Of a stretch of 64,000 nt of DNA, positions 39,357-49,273 are shown piece after piece. The number at the start of each line of letters is the position of its first letter. Within the stretch, counting starts at the first letter, position 1. Below the pieces are notes generated by a model. It was not told the DNA's origin, searched no databases, and was given only the letters and a program-made list of their open reading frames with translations. Origin of the DNA: Deltaproteobacteria bacterium (GTDB lineage: Bacteria; Bdellovibrionota; UBA1018; UBA923); the NCBI GenBank assembly GCA_016186905.1, contig JACPKS010000084.1, forward strand, positions 2,261 through 66,260, written 5' to 3'. Both the position numbers and the translations under genes were made by a program.

Positions 39357-40724
39357 ATGTACGACACAAGAATCAGAGGTGAACTAGTCGAGGGGGGAGT
39401 GACGTATTCAGATATTACCAGGGATATCCTTGCCCCGATAGAGCAGCCCGCGCCGGCATGGTGGTATGCCGCCATGTCGGTCAGCCTCTGCGCCATCGCT
39501 TTCGGCGGCTGGGCAGGCTACATGACGATCAGTCGCGGGATAGGAACCTGGGGGCTTAACAATACGCAAGCCTGGGGTTGGGATATCATCAATTTCATCT
39601 GGTGGATCGGTATCGGGCATGCCGGTACGGCGTTTTCGATTTTCCTGCTGATCTTACGGCAAAAATGGAGAACTTCGATCAACCGCGCGGCTGAGGCGAT
39701 GACGGTTGCCGCGGTCATGTGCGCGGGAATTTTTCCGCTTATTCACATGGGACGCCCATGGATGGCATTTTACGTCATACCTTATCCCAATACCCGCGGG
39801 CCGCTCTGGGTTAATTTCAATTCCCCTTTGTTCTGGGATGTGATCGCAATCAGCACTTATTTGACTGCTTCCGCGACGTTCTGGTACGTGGGAATGATTC
39901 CTGATTTCGCCACGGTTCGGGATAAAACAAACTCTAAAGTAAAAAAACTGATCTATGGAATTCTCAGTTTTGGCTGGGTCGGCTCAGCGAAAGGCTGGCT
40001 GAGATTTGAAGCGTTATCAATGATCCTAGGCGGACTCACCGCGCCTTTGGTCATTTCCGTCCATTCCATCGTCTCAATGGACTTTGCCACCTCTGTAATC
40101 CCCGGCTGGCACACGACCATCTTTCCCCCCTATTTCGTCGTAGGCGCTATTTTTTCCGGCTTTGGCATGGTGCTCACCCTGATGATCATCATCAGGAATA
40201 TTTACAACTATCATCACTATGTCACTGACGGACATATCGATGCCATTGCCAGAATCTTGGTTTTCATCAGTTTGATCATGGGCTCCGCCTATGCGACTGA
40301 AATTTTCATCGCATCGTACTCGGGCAGTGAATATGAATACTTCACTTTCTACAACAACCGGATTACCGGCGACCACATGATCGGATTCTGGGGAATGATC
40401 CTTTGCAATGCCGTCATTCCACAGTTGTTCTGGTTCAAGGCAGTCAGGAGAAACACCGCGCTCGTATTCATCATTTCCCTGTTCGTCAATCTTGGGATGT
40501 GGTTTGAGAGGTTCACCATCATCGTCACCTCCCTGTCGAAGGATTATATGCCTTCGAACTGGACTGACTATTCTCCGACACTAGTTGAAATCGGTCTTTA
40601 CGTCGGAACACTTGGAATATTCACAACGTGCATATTATTGTTTTTCAAAAATATTCCCATGATCGCGATCAGTGAAGTAAAGGGAATTTTAAAACACACG
40701 AGCATAAAAAATGCTAAAAACTGA
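39357..40724 (+). CDS. actC: Alternative complex III subunit ActC (NrfD/PsrC-like polytopic membrane subunit)
   Basis: 455 aa, about 10 TM, NrfD-family pattern. Follows actB. Confidence 0.8.
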   Translation: MYDTRIRGELVEGGVTYSDITRDILAPIEQPAPAWWYAAMSVSLCAIAFGGWAGYMTISRGIGTWGLNNTQAWGWDIINFIWWIGIGHAGTAFSIFLLILRQKWRTSINRAAEAMTVAAVMCAGIFPLIHMGRPWMAFYVIPYPNTRGPLWVNFNSPLFWDVIAISTYLTASATFWYVGMIPDFATVRDKTNSKVKKLIYGILSFGWVGSAKGWLRFEALSMILGGLTAPLVISVHSIVSMDFATSVIPGWHTTIFPPYFVVGAIFSGFGMVLTLMIIIRNIYNYHHYVTDGHIDAIARILVFISLIMGSAYATEIFIASYSGSEYEYFTFYNNRITGDHMIGFWGMILCNAVIPQLFWFKAVRRNTALVFIISLFVNLGMWFERFTIIVTSLSKDYMPSNWTDYSPTLVEIGLYVGTLGIFTTCILLFFKNIPMIAISEVKGILKHTSIKNAKN

Positions 40725-41253
40725 TACGAATGAAAACATAGTGGGCGTTTTCGATACAGAGGAGGCTTTGATTAATGCCATCAAAAACATTAAGAAAAGC
40801 AGCTTTAAAATCAAGAATGTTTTTACTCCGTACCCGATCCATGAAGTATTTCATGAATTGGGTCTGACCACGCGGCTGCCTTGGCTCGCCTTTTTCTATG
40901 CCGTAGGCGGGACGATCCTGGTTTTCGCGTTTCTCTACTGGACGTCAGTGATCGATTATCCGATTTCCATCGGCGGCAAGCCGGATTTGTCCCCGTCGTT
41001 CATCATCGTCATGTTTGTCATGACGATTTTATTCGGGATCGTATTATCTTTAGTGACGTTTTTCACCGTCCAGAGGTTATATCCGGGAAAAGTTCCAGTC
41101 ATTATCCATGAAGACATCGTGGACGATAAATATGTAATCGTCATTGAAAAGAGTAATGCAATGACTGAACGTGATGTCGTGGCAATCAATAAATTATTCG
41201 TTTCAAACATGGCGATCGAAATAGGCCTTAAAAACGATGTCGAGGCGATATAA
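40711..41253 (+). CDS. actD: Alternative complex III subunit ActD (DUF3341)
   Basis: 180 aa with VGVFDTEEALINAIKNIK start, two TM segments. Position between actC and actE. Confidence 0.7.
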   Translation: MLKTDTNENIVGVFDTEEALINAIKNIKKSSFKIKNVFTPYPIHEVFHELGLTTRLPWLAFFYAVGGTILVFAFLYWTSVIDYPISIGGKPDLSPSFIIVMFVMTILFGIVLSLVTFFTVQRLYPGKVPVIIHEDIVDDKYVIVIEKSNAMTERDVVAINKLFVSNMAIEIGLKNDVEAI

Positions 41254-41255
41254 AC

Positions 41256-41828
41256 TTGAAAGACTTTAATTCAAAACATCTTTTGTTTTGCTGCCTGCTC
41301 TCAGTGTCTCTGGGGGCTTGTCAAAGGGATAGAAATCATCCGGGTTATAGATACCTGGATGATATGGTTCATTCCCCGGCCTATAGGTATTATTCTGAAA
41401 ACCCGAACTTCAAAGACGGCAAAACCGCGCAACCTCCCGTTCCAGGCACGATTGCGCGGGGGGCGGTTCCTTATCCCTATGCGAATACGATCGACGAGCA
41501 GAAAAGGGCTGGAAGAGAACTTGTCAATCCCATCGGCCATTCGCCGGAAGATATAAAAATAGGAAAAGAGAAATACGCAGTATACTGCGCCATGTGTCAC
41601 GGCGCTAAAGGTAAAGGGGACGGGAATCTGGTTCAGAGCGGGAAATTCGGAATGCCCGCTCCGCCGTTAGTCGCGGACTATGTTCAAAATGAGCCTGACG
41701 GCGCGATCTTTCACACGATCACTGTGGGTACGGTTTCCGGCTTGATGGGTTCGCATAGTCTCCAGCTAAAACCCTATGACCGTTGGCGTGTCGTAAAATA
41801 CATTAAAACCGGGCTAAAAAACGAATGA
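41256..41828 (+). CDS. actE: Alternative complex III subunit ActE (monoheme cytochrome c, lipoprotein-type signal)
   Basis: CAMCHGAKGKGDG heme site. Signal with LGAC. 190 aa. Confidence 0.8.
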   Translation: MKDFNSKHLLFCCLLSVSLGACQRDRNHPGYRYLDDMVHSPAYRYYSENPNFKDGKTAQPPVPGTIARGAVPYPYANTIDEQKRAGRELVNPIGHSPEDIKIGKEKYAVYCAMCHGAKGKGDGNLVQSGKFGMPAPPLVADYVQNEPDGAIFHTITVGTVSGLMGSHSLQLKPYDRWRVVKYIKTGLKNE

Positions 41829-42979
41829 ACTCCTCCGTGACCATGGACGATTCACGATTCAAAATCCCGCCTAAGTTAACGGCGGTATCCGTAATTTTGT
41901 TGGGTATCGGGATTGTTTCGGCCATTTCCGGATTTGCCAGTGACCCTGTCAGAATCTGGGGGAATGTTCTGATCTGCAATTACTATTTTATATGCCTGGT
42001 GATCGGAGCCACTTTTTTCGCGGCAATCCAGCGGATCACTCAAGCAGGCTGGTCAGCAATGTTTGAAAGAATCCCCGGGGCAATAAGCGGTTACATGCCA
42101 TTCGCGGCCGTTCTTACGCTGCTCATGGTTTTCTTCGGTACTCATTCCATCTATCATTGGTCGCCGCATAAAGCCTGGTACTTGAATTTTCCGTTTTTTT
42201 CGCTCAGGGCGGTCATTTTTCTCGGGGCCTGGCAATTCTTCATGCGCTTGCAGAGAAAGTTCTCGGTCAACGAAGATAAAGTGGGCGGACTGCAGAACTT
42301 CAAGAAGGCTGAATTCTACTCGCGAGTATATATTTTTGTTTTAGCGCCGACCTTTTCTTTAGCCTCGTTTGACTGGATCATGTCCATCGACAGCCACTGG
42401 TTCAGCACCATCTTCGCGATTATTAATTTTGTATCCGCTTTTTTACATGGTTCCGCTGCCATTATTTTAATAACGCTTATTTTACATAAAATGGGCTATT
42501 TCCCGCAGCTCAACTCCGCTCATCTTCACGACTTCTCCAAATATTTATTCATGTTATCCATCATGTGGGTTTATGTTTGGTTCAGCCAATATTTTCTGAT
42601 TTGGTACGGTAATATACCCGAAGAAACTATTTATTATGTTTCAAGAACCAGCCGTGAGTGGAATGCGACGTTCTTGGCCAACGTGATCATCAACTGGTGT
42701 TTTCCGTTCCTGTTTTTGATGAATAACCGGGTCGCGGGAAACATCAACGCGCTGATCGTGACTTCAGTGGTTTTACTCGTGGGCATGTGGCTTGATATTT
42801 ATATGCAGGTTATGCCCGGTTTAACAGGCAAGAACTCTTTCGGTATGATTGAATTAGGGATGTTTTTAGGCTTTTTGGGGATTTTCATCTTTGCTGTAAC
42901 AAGATCATTGAGTAAGGCTAATATTATCCCGGCAAATCACCCTTACCTGAATGAAAGTTTTTTGCATAAAGCACACTAA
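41825..42979 (+). CDS. actF: Alternative complex III subunit ActF (second NrfD-like membrane subunit)
   Basis: 384 aa polytopic membrane protein homologous in pattern to ActC. Overlaps the actE stop. Confidence 0.75.
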   Translation: MNSSVTMDDSRFKIPPKLTAVSVILLGIGIVSAISGFASDPVRIWGNVLICNYYFICLVIGATFFAAIQRITQAGWSAMFERIPGAISGYMPFAAVLTLLMVFFGTHSIYHWSPHKAWYLNFPFFSLRAVIFLGAWQFFMRLQRKFSVNEDKVGGLQNFKKAEFYSRVYIFVLAPTFSLASFDWIMSIDSHWFSTIFAIINFVSAFLHGSAAIILITLILHKMGYFPQLNSAHLHDFSKYLFMLSIMWVYVWFSQYFLIWYGNIPEETIYYVSRTSREWNATFLANVIINWCFPFLFLMNNRVAGNINALIVTSVVLLVGMWLDIYMQVMPGLTGKNSFGMIELGMFLGFLGIFIFAVTRSLSKANIIPANHPYLNESFLHKAH

Positions 42980-43013
42980 TTAATGTGAACGATCAAAGGA
43001 TTCAGGGTGTTTC

Positions 43014-43790
43014 ATGATGAACCATTTAATCAGAATTTTTTTTATTTGCACCATGTCTTCGTCGCTTGCTTGGAGCGCGGGCGGCCCTTCCCTGGATCAG
43101 CGAATCGGGAATACGCTGCCGGGCGACCTGGCCTTCCACGACGAGACGGGCGTAAACGTGAGGTTCCGCGAGCTGCTTACGAAGCCGACCGTCTTTGTGC
43201 CCGTCTATTTGACCTGTCCCCAGATGTGTCCGCTCATTCTGAATGCGGTCGCCCAGGCTCTCGGCAATATCAAATGGACGGTTCCGGGGCGAGACTTTCA
43301 GGTGATCACCGTGAGCTTCAACGACCGCGATACTCCCAATGACGCCCGGACAAAAAAGAAAAATTTCCTGGCGGCAATCGGGAAACCCTACCCCGAGTCC
43401 GCTTGGAAATTTCTGACGGGAGACCAACAGAACATCCAGCGTTTTCTCGACGCCGCCGGGTACCAGGTTGCGAAAAACGGCATGGACTTCGAGCATCCTG
43501 CCGCGATTTTCGTGACGTCGGACAAGGGCCGGATCATACGCTACTTACACGGCGTCAACTATGGCTCGTTCGATCTTGAGATGGCGGTCGGCGAGGCGGC
43601 GCGCGGTCGACTGGGGCTGGTTACCAGCCGGATCATCGGATATTGCTTCACATATGATCCAACCCGGAGGGCTTACGTTTTTAATATCCTTCAGGCCGTT
43701 GGTCTGGTAATGGGTGCACTTTTAGTTGGGTTCATCGGATATCTCCGATTCGGTGCCTCGAAGAAGGGTGCGGCGGCATGGAAAAAATAG
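43014..43790 (+). CDS. SCO1/SenC-family copper chaperone (thioredoxin-fold, CxxxC)
   Basis: TCPQMCP CxxxC motif and downstream conserved His. C-terminal TM helix. Sits between ACIII and cox genes. Confidence 0.7.
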   Translation: MMNHLIRIFFICTMSSSLAWSAGGPSLDQRIGNTLPGDLAFHDETGVNVRFRELLTKPTVFVPVYLTCPQMCPLILNAVAQALGNIKWTVPGRDFQVITVSFNDRDTPNDARTKKKNFLAAIGKPYPESAWKFLTGDQQNIQRFLDAAGYQVAKNGMDFEHPAAIFVTSDKGRIIRYLHGVNYGSFDLEMAVGEAARGRLGLVTSRIIGYCFTYDPTRRAYVFNILQAVGLVMGALLVGFIGYLRFGASKKGAAAWKK

Positions 43791-45394
43791 AAGCGAGTTA
43801 CCTGTCGGCTTACGGGCAAAGGAAGGGGCTTGCAGGGTGGCTTACCTCTACTGACCACAAACGCATCGCGCTGCTTTATATGAGCGCGATGTCCGTCTTC
43901 TTCCTCGTCGCGACCTTTCTGGGAGTATTGATGAGACTGAACCTCATCGCGCCGGGTTCCCATGTCGTCTCGCCTCGCGCCTATAATTCCTTATTTACGG
44001 TTCACGGCGTGATCATGATTTTTCTGTTCATTATTCCCGGAATCCCCGCGGTGCTGGGCAATTTCGTGCTTCCTCTGCAGCTGGGCGCCAGAGACGTTTC
44101 TTTTCCAAGGCTCAACCTGTTCTCCTGGTATTTTTACATGGGCGGCGCCCTGTGCGCGCTTTTGTCGTTGTTCACCGGAGGAGGCGCCCCCGATACCGGC
44201 TGGACTTTCTACGTTCCCTACAGCGTGAAAACCGGGACGAATGTTTCACTCGCCGTTTTTGGGGCTTTTTTGCTGGGCATGTCCTCGATGCTGACTGGGT
44301 TGAATTTTCTCACAACGATTCATCGCATGCGGGCTCCTGGAATGACATGGTTTCGCATGCCGTTGTTCGTATGGGCTCTTTACGCCACGGGTTGGGTGCA
44401 GCTTCTGGCAACGCCGGTTCTTGGCATCACTTTGCTGCTGGTCATTTTCGAACGTGCCTTTGGAATCGGGGTGTTCGATCCGGCCAGAGGCGGCGATCCG
44501 ATTCTTTTCCAACACCTCTTTTGGATCTATTCCCACCCAGCGGTGTACATCATGATTCTTCCCGCCATGGGAGTGATTTCAGAGATCATTCCCGTTTTCG
44601 CGCGCCGGACGATTTTTGGTTACAAGGCGATCGCGTTTTCCAGCCTCGCGATCGCGATCGTGGGCTATATCGTATGGGGACATCATATGTTCACGAGCGG
44701 GATGAGCGATATGGCCCGCGTGGTTTTTTCGCTTCTTACCTTCGTTGTCGCCGTGCCCAGCGGAGTGAAAATCTTCAACTGGACGGCCAGCTTGTACAAG
44801 GGTTCGATTACGGTTAGTTCGCCGCTTCTTTTCGTGCTGGCATTCATATTCCTGTTTTCAATCGGGGGGCTCACGGGGTTGATCAACGGCGCCCTCTCAA
44901 CGAACATCCAAATTCATGGCACTTACTTCATTGTCGCGCATTTTCACTACGTGATGTTCGGCGGGACGGGCTTCGCGTTTTTCGCGGGACTGCACTACTG
45001 GTTCCCGAAAATGTTCGGACGGATGGTTGATGAGAAACGGGCGAAAGCGGCGTGCATCCTGATGTTCGTGGGTTTCAACGTGCTGTATTTTCCGATGTTC
45101 ATTTTGGGTTGGCAGGGAATGCCGCGACGATATTACGACTATCCGGCCCACTTCCAGCCGCTCCACTCGCTGGCGACCGTGGGGTCGTGGATCCTCGTGG
45201 CCGGGTTGCTGTTGATGCTCCATAATCTGATTCGCACGATTCGCCATGGCCTCCCGGCTTCGGCAAATCCGTGGCAAGGGACCACGCTGGAATGGCACGC
45301 GAGCTCGCCGCCCTCCATTGAGAATTTTGACGTTATTCCCACGGTGACGACGGGCCCTTACGCGTATCCGCAAAACAACGGAGTATCGTCATGA
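43778..45394 (+). CDS. coxA: Cytochrome c oxidase subunit I (heme-copper oxidase, A-type)
   Basis: 12 TM; His ligands in GHPEVYIMILP-equivalent (SHPAVYIMILPAMG); D-channel start. 538 aa. Confidence 0.92.
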   Translation: MEKIEASYLSAYGQRKGLAGWLTSTDHKRIALLYMSAMSVFFLVATFLGVLMRLNLIAPGSHVVSPRAYNSLFTVHGVIMIFLFIIPGIPAVLGNFVLPLQLGARDVSFPRLNLFSWYFYMGGALCALLSLFTGGGAPDTGWTFYVPYSVKTGTNVSLAVFGAFLLGMSSMLTGLNFLTTIHRMRAPGMTWFRMPLFVWALYATGWVQLLATPVLGITLLLVIFERAFGIGVFDPARGGDPILFQHLFWIYSHPAVYIMILPAMGVISEIIPVFARRTIFGYKAIAFSSLAIAIVGYIVWGHHMFTSGMSDMARVVFSLLTFVVAVPSGVKIFNWTASLYKGSITVSSPLLFVLAFIFLFSIGGLTGLINGALSTNIQIHGTYFIVAHFHYVMFGGTGFAFFAGLHYWFPKMFGRMVDEKRAKAACILMFVGFNVLYFPMFILGWQGMPRRYYDYPAHFQPLHSLATVGSWILVAGLLLMLHNLIRTIRHGLPASANPWQGTTLEWHASSPPSIENFDVIPTVTTGPYAYPQNNGVSS

Positions 45395-46002
45395 GTACTT
45401 CCGTTGCTTCCCATCATTCCGATTACACGGGTGCAAAAATCGGGATGTGGCTTTTCCTTTTCACCGAGATTTTGCTGTTCGGAGGTTTGTTCCTGCTTTA
45501 CGCGGTTTACCGGGCGAAAAGTCCGGCGGAGTTTCACGAGGCGACCAAACACCTTCATTTGGCCCTGGGTTTGAGCAACACGCTGATTCTTTTGACGAGC
45601 AGCTTGACGGCAGCACTTTCGGTTTCCGCGATTCGAAGAGGACAGAAGTACTGGGCTCTCTGGGGGATAGGCGTTACGGTCGTCCTGGCGCTTGCGTTTC
45701 TCGTGAACAAATATTTTGAATGGAAAGAGCATATCGGCAACGGCATGTTTCCGGGCTCCCCAGCCCTCACGTCGCTCTCCCATGGCGAGAATCTGTTTTT
45801 TGGCCTCTATTACACGATGACGGGGCTCCACGGCGTTCACGTTTTGGCCGGGGCGGCCTTGCTTTGTGTCGTGTATGTTTTTGTTAATCGAGAAAAAGTG
45901 AACCAGCACAGCTATTCGCTTTTGGAAAACGCCTGTCTTTTTTGGCATCTTGTGGACCTGATTTGGATTTACCTTTTTCCGCTTTTTTATTTGGTGACTT
46001 GA
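45391..46002 (+). CDS. coxC: Cytochrome c oxidase subunit III
   Basis: 203 aa, 5-7 TM. Conserved MWLFLFTEILLFGGLF. Confidence 0.85.
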   Translation: MSTSVASHHSDYTGAKIGMWLFLFTEILLFGGLFLLYAVYRAKSPAEFHEATKHLHLALGLSNTLILLTSSLTAALSVSAIRRGQKYWALWGIGVTVVLALAFLVNKYFEWKEHIGNGMFPGSPALTSLSHGENLFFGLYYTMTGLHGVHVLAGAALLCVVYVFVNREKVNQHSYSLLENACLFWHLVDLIWIYLFPLFYLVT

Positions 46003-46004
46003 AA

Positions 46005-46289
46005 ATGGAACATGACACTCATCCGGCCGTACGGAATAAAACATTTATTAGCGTGTGGGCGATTCTTGTCGCTCTTACGATGGCTTCGGTAGGCGCGTCG
46101 AGTGTCCACGCGGGCACGGCGAGCCTCTTGGTTCCCTTGTTGATTGCCACCGTTAAAGCGAGTTTAGTGCTTTGGTTTTTCATGCATTTGAAATACGAAC
46201 GCGCTCTTTTCAAGGTCATGCTGCTCTTCCCGCTGGGTACGTTGGCCGTTATCATGGGTTTGACGTTCGTGGACACTTGGTTCAGGTAG
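46005..46289 (+). CDS. coxD: Cytochrome c oxidase subunit IV (caa3-type small subunit)
   Basis: 94 aa, two TM helices. Start ATG 46005; the ORF-track extension to 45942 overlaps coxC. Confidence 0.6.
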   Translation: MEHDTHPAVRNKTFISVWAILVALTMASVGASSVHAGTASLLVPLLIATVKASLVLWFFMHLKYERALFKVMLLFPLGTLAVIMGLTFVDTWFR

Positions 46290-46295
46290 GAGAAC

Positions 46296-47222
46296 ATGAT
46301 TACCGGGTGGCCAAATCTCTGGAATTCGACCGATAACGCCTTCTATTTCATCATTGCCATATCCATCGTTCTTTTGCTCGGGATCATGGCAACAATGATT
46401 TTTTTCGTGTTTCGATATTCTCGCAGCCGAAACCCGCGACCAACCAACATCGAACACAACGCCTGGCTTGAGATCTTGTGGACGGCCATCCCCACGGTTC
46501 TGGTGCTCGCGATGTTTTGGGTCGGCTGGAAGGGTTTCATTTACAAAAGGACTGTTCCCGCGGGGGCCATGCAAGTCAAGGTAACCGGACGGATGTGGTC
46601 GTGGTCGTTCGAATACGAAAACGGCAAAATCAGTTCGGTATTAAAGCTGCCATTCGGAAAGCCCGTAAAACTTCTGATTACTTCGGCGGACGTGGTGCAC
46701 GGCGTTTTTATTCCCGCGTTTCGCGTAAAAGAAGACGCCGTTCCCGGCAGAGACACCTACTTGTGGTTTCAACCCGATAAGACCGGGGAGTTCGAGCTTT
46801 TCTGCAGCGAATTTTGCGGGACTGGCCATACAAAGATGGTGAGCACAGTAGAGATTATTCCCGAAAATGAGTTTGCGGTCTGGCTTCAGCAAAAAGAGAC
46901 CCCCGCTTTGGCGCAAGGCTTGTCGCAAGCGGGGCTCGGTGCCGAGCTGGTGCGCGCGAAGGGTTGCGTTGCTTGTCACAGTACCGACGGAACCGCGGCC
47001 ACTGGCCCGACGTTCAAGGGGCTATGGGGCAAGAAGGAGACCGTGCTCAGGGGATCTCAGGAAGCGCAGGTGACCGTGGATGAGAGCTTTGCGAGGAGCA
47101 AGATTTTTTCTCCTGAAAAGGAGCGCATCAAGGGATTTCCGCCCATCATGCCGTCGCAACGGGGCGTTCTATCCGAAAAAGAGGCGGCAGCGATCGTGGA
47201 GTATTTCAAAACACTGCGATGA
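46296..47222 (+). CDS. coxB: Cytochrome c oxidase subunit II fused to a C-terminal cytochrome c domain (caa3-type)
   Basis: CuA site FCSEFCGTGHTKM plus C-terminal CVACHSTDG heme c site. Confidence 0.9.
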   Translation: MITGWPNLWNSTDNAFYFIIAISIVLLLGIMATMIFFVFRYSRSRNPRPTNIEHNAWLEILWTAIPTVLVLAMFWVGWKGFIYKRTVPAGAMQVKVTGRMWSWSFEYENGKISSVLKLPFGKPVKLLITSADVVHGVFIPAFRVKEDAVPGRDTYLWFQPDKTGEFELFCSEFCGTGHTKMVSTVEIIPENEFAVWLQQKETPALAQGLSQAGLGAELVRAKGCVACHSTDGTAATGPTFKGLWGKKETVLRGSQEAQVTVDESFARSKIFSPEKERIKGFPPIMPSQRGVLSEKEAAAIVEYFKTLR

Positions 47223-48076
47223 GGAACCTTCTCGTTTTCACCAAAGCCCGCATCTCCTTGCTGGCCGGGTTCTCGGCCGCGACTGGGTACCTTCTTTCTC
47301 CCGGGAGATCTTCAGGCGATCTATTCTTGCTCTTCGCGGGAGTCGTGATCCTGGCGGGCGGCTCGTCCGCGCTCAATCAGTGGCAAGAATGGCGAACGGA
47401 CGCTTTGATGGAGCGGACGCGGAATCGCCCGATCCCAAGAAAAGCGTATTCTCCTGATCATGGCTTTCTGGTCGCGGCCGTGTTTTTGCTGCTGGGAATC
47501 TCGCTCGTCCAGATCGTGAGCGCGGGAGCCGCCACCGCGCTCGGCGCATTGGCGGTTCTTTGGTACAACGGCGTCTACACTCCGTTGAAACGCGTGACCG
47601 CGTTTGCCGCGGTTCCCGGGGGATTGGTCGGCGCGATTCCGCCGGCGATCGGTTTTGTCACGGGCGGCGGCGCCCTTGGCGATCCACGCATTCTCGGCGT
47701 GGCCGCCGTTCTTTTTATCTGGCAGATTCCGCATTTCTGGCTGTTGCTGCTGAGATTCGGCCCCGACTACGAGCAAGCCGGATTTCCGACGCTGACTCAG
47801 GCGCTGGGAGAAAATGGCGTGAAGCGGGTTACCGTGACGTGGTTGTTCGCTACCGTGGCTTTCATGTTCGCGCTCCCGCTTTTTGGAGTCGTGCCGGCGG
47901 GTTATTTGCTCGTTTCAGTCAGTCCGGTTGCCATCTGGTTATTGGTCAGGGCTTGGAAGCTCCTGCGCGAAACCGAGGAAATGTCCGCGAAACTGGGTGG
48001 CCAGGCGTTTCATGCCATTAACCTGCTGCTTCTGGTACTGATGGGATCGCTGTCTTTGTCGCGGTGGCTTTCCTGA
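47219..48076 (+). CDS. ctaB: Protoheme IX farnesyltransferase (heme O synthase, UbiA family)
   Basis: UbiA prenyltransferase TM pattern, DAxxDR-like RNRPIPRK region. Downstream of cox genes with ATGA overlap. Confidence 0.85.
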   Translation: MRNLLVFTKARISLLAGFSAATGYLLSPGRSSGDLFLLFAGVVILAGGSSALNQWQEWRTDALMERTRNRPIPRKAYSPDHGFLVAAVFLLLGISLVQIVSAGAATALGALAVLWYNGVYTPLKRVTAFAAVPGGLVGAIPPAIGFVTGGGALGDPRILGVAAVLFIWQIPHFWLLLLRFGPDYEQAGFPTLTQALGENGVKRVTVTWLFATVAFMFALPLFGVVPAGYLLVSVSPVAIWLLVRAWKLLRETEEMSAKLGGQAFHAINLLLLVLMGSLSLSRWLS

Positions 48077-48118
48077 AAATAGATGATTTCGTCTTAACTG
48101 TCGTGGTAATGATTTTCC

Positions 48119-49273
48119 ATGCCTTCAGAGACGCATCTTGCTCAAAAGCTTGTTCAAAAGAGTGTCCGAAAATTTCTCCAGACCGAACTGCTTCCCAATG
48201 TTGATCAGTGTAACGAAGAGGGCATTTTTCAGGAAAAGGCCTTCCGCGATTTTTTTAAAACGGGTTTTGGCGCGTCTTTCATGCCCGAGGAATGGGGCGG
48301 AGACGGCGACCTTCTTTCCTATCTGGATATCGCGACGGAAATGGGCCGGGTGGATCTCGGATTCGCCCTGTCGGTCATGGCCAGCGCCGTGCTCTTCGGG
48401 AACAACGTGCTTCTGCACGGAACCTCGGAACAGAAAAGGAAATACCTGCCCGGAATCGTCGACGGTTCGAAGATCGGCTGCTGGGCGCTTACCGAGCCTT
48501 CGGGCGGCTCTGACGCCGTCGGCATCAAAGCCACGGCGGAAAGGAAGGGCGATCATTATCTGATCAACGGAGCAAAGACCTTTATCACCAACGCGCCGGT
48601 TGCCGATTACTTTATCGTTCTCGCGCGTCTGAAGGGAACTGAGAACAAAGGAATCGCGGGTGGCTGCGCCTTCATTCTGGAGAAAGGGATGAAGGGCTTG
48701 AGCACCGGAAAGCCGCTCAAGAAAATGGGCCATAAGACGAGTCCCACGGGCGAAATTTTTCTGGAAAACGTGGAGGCGCCGGAAAGCTCGCTCCTGGGCG
48801 CCGAAGGCCAGGCTTTTCAAGACATGAAGCGTTCGCTGGATCTCGAGCGAGCCACTTTTTCACAAATCGGCTTCGGGTTGATCGATGAACTGCTCTCGAT
48901 CATGGTGAAGTATGCGGCCAGCCGAAAATCTTTTGGCCGCGCGATCCTCGAGTATCAGCTGATTCAGGAAAAAATCGCGCGGATCGGCGCGGAGTTTGAA
49001 GTGCTTAAAGCCTATGGCATCCAGCTTCGCGAGAAGCTCGTTCGCGGCGAGAAGATCACCAAGGAAGCCGCGATCATGAAATTGCTCCTTTCGAAGCTCT
49101 CGGTGCGCGCCGCCGACGAGGCGATTCAGATCCTGGGCGGCTACGGCTACATGACGGAATACCGGGTCGAGCGGTTTTATCGTGACGCCAAACTCTATGA
49201 AATCGGCGGCGGGACGAGTGAAATCCAGAAGCTTGTCATCGCAAAAGAGATCGCAAAGGAATACCTCGCATGA
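48119..49273 (+). CDS. Acyl-CoA dehydrogenase
   Basis: ACAD motifs WALTEPSGGSDA, KTFITNAP, and C-terminal YEIGGGTSEIQKLVIAKEI. Confidence 0.9.
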   Translation: MPSETHLAQKLVQKSVRKFLQTELLPNVDQCNEEGIFQEKAFRDFFKTGFGASFMPEEWGGDGDLLSYLDIATEMGRVDLGFALSVMASAVLFGNNVLLHGTSEQKRKYLPGIVDGSKIGCWALTEPSGGSDAVGIKATAERKGDHYLINGAKTFITNAPVADYFIVLARLKGTENKGIAGGCAFILEKGMKGLSTGKPLKKMGHKTSPTGEIFLENVEAPESSLLGAEGQAFQDMKRSLDLERATFSQIGFGLIDELLSIMVKYAASRKSFGRAILEYQLIQEKIARIGAEFEVLKAYGIQLREKLVRGEKITKEAAIMKLLLSKLSVRAADEAIQILGGYGYMTEYRVERFYRDAKLYEIGGGTSEIQKLVIAKEIAKEYLA

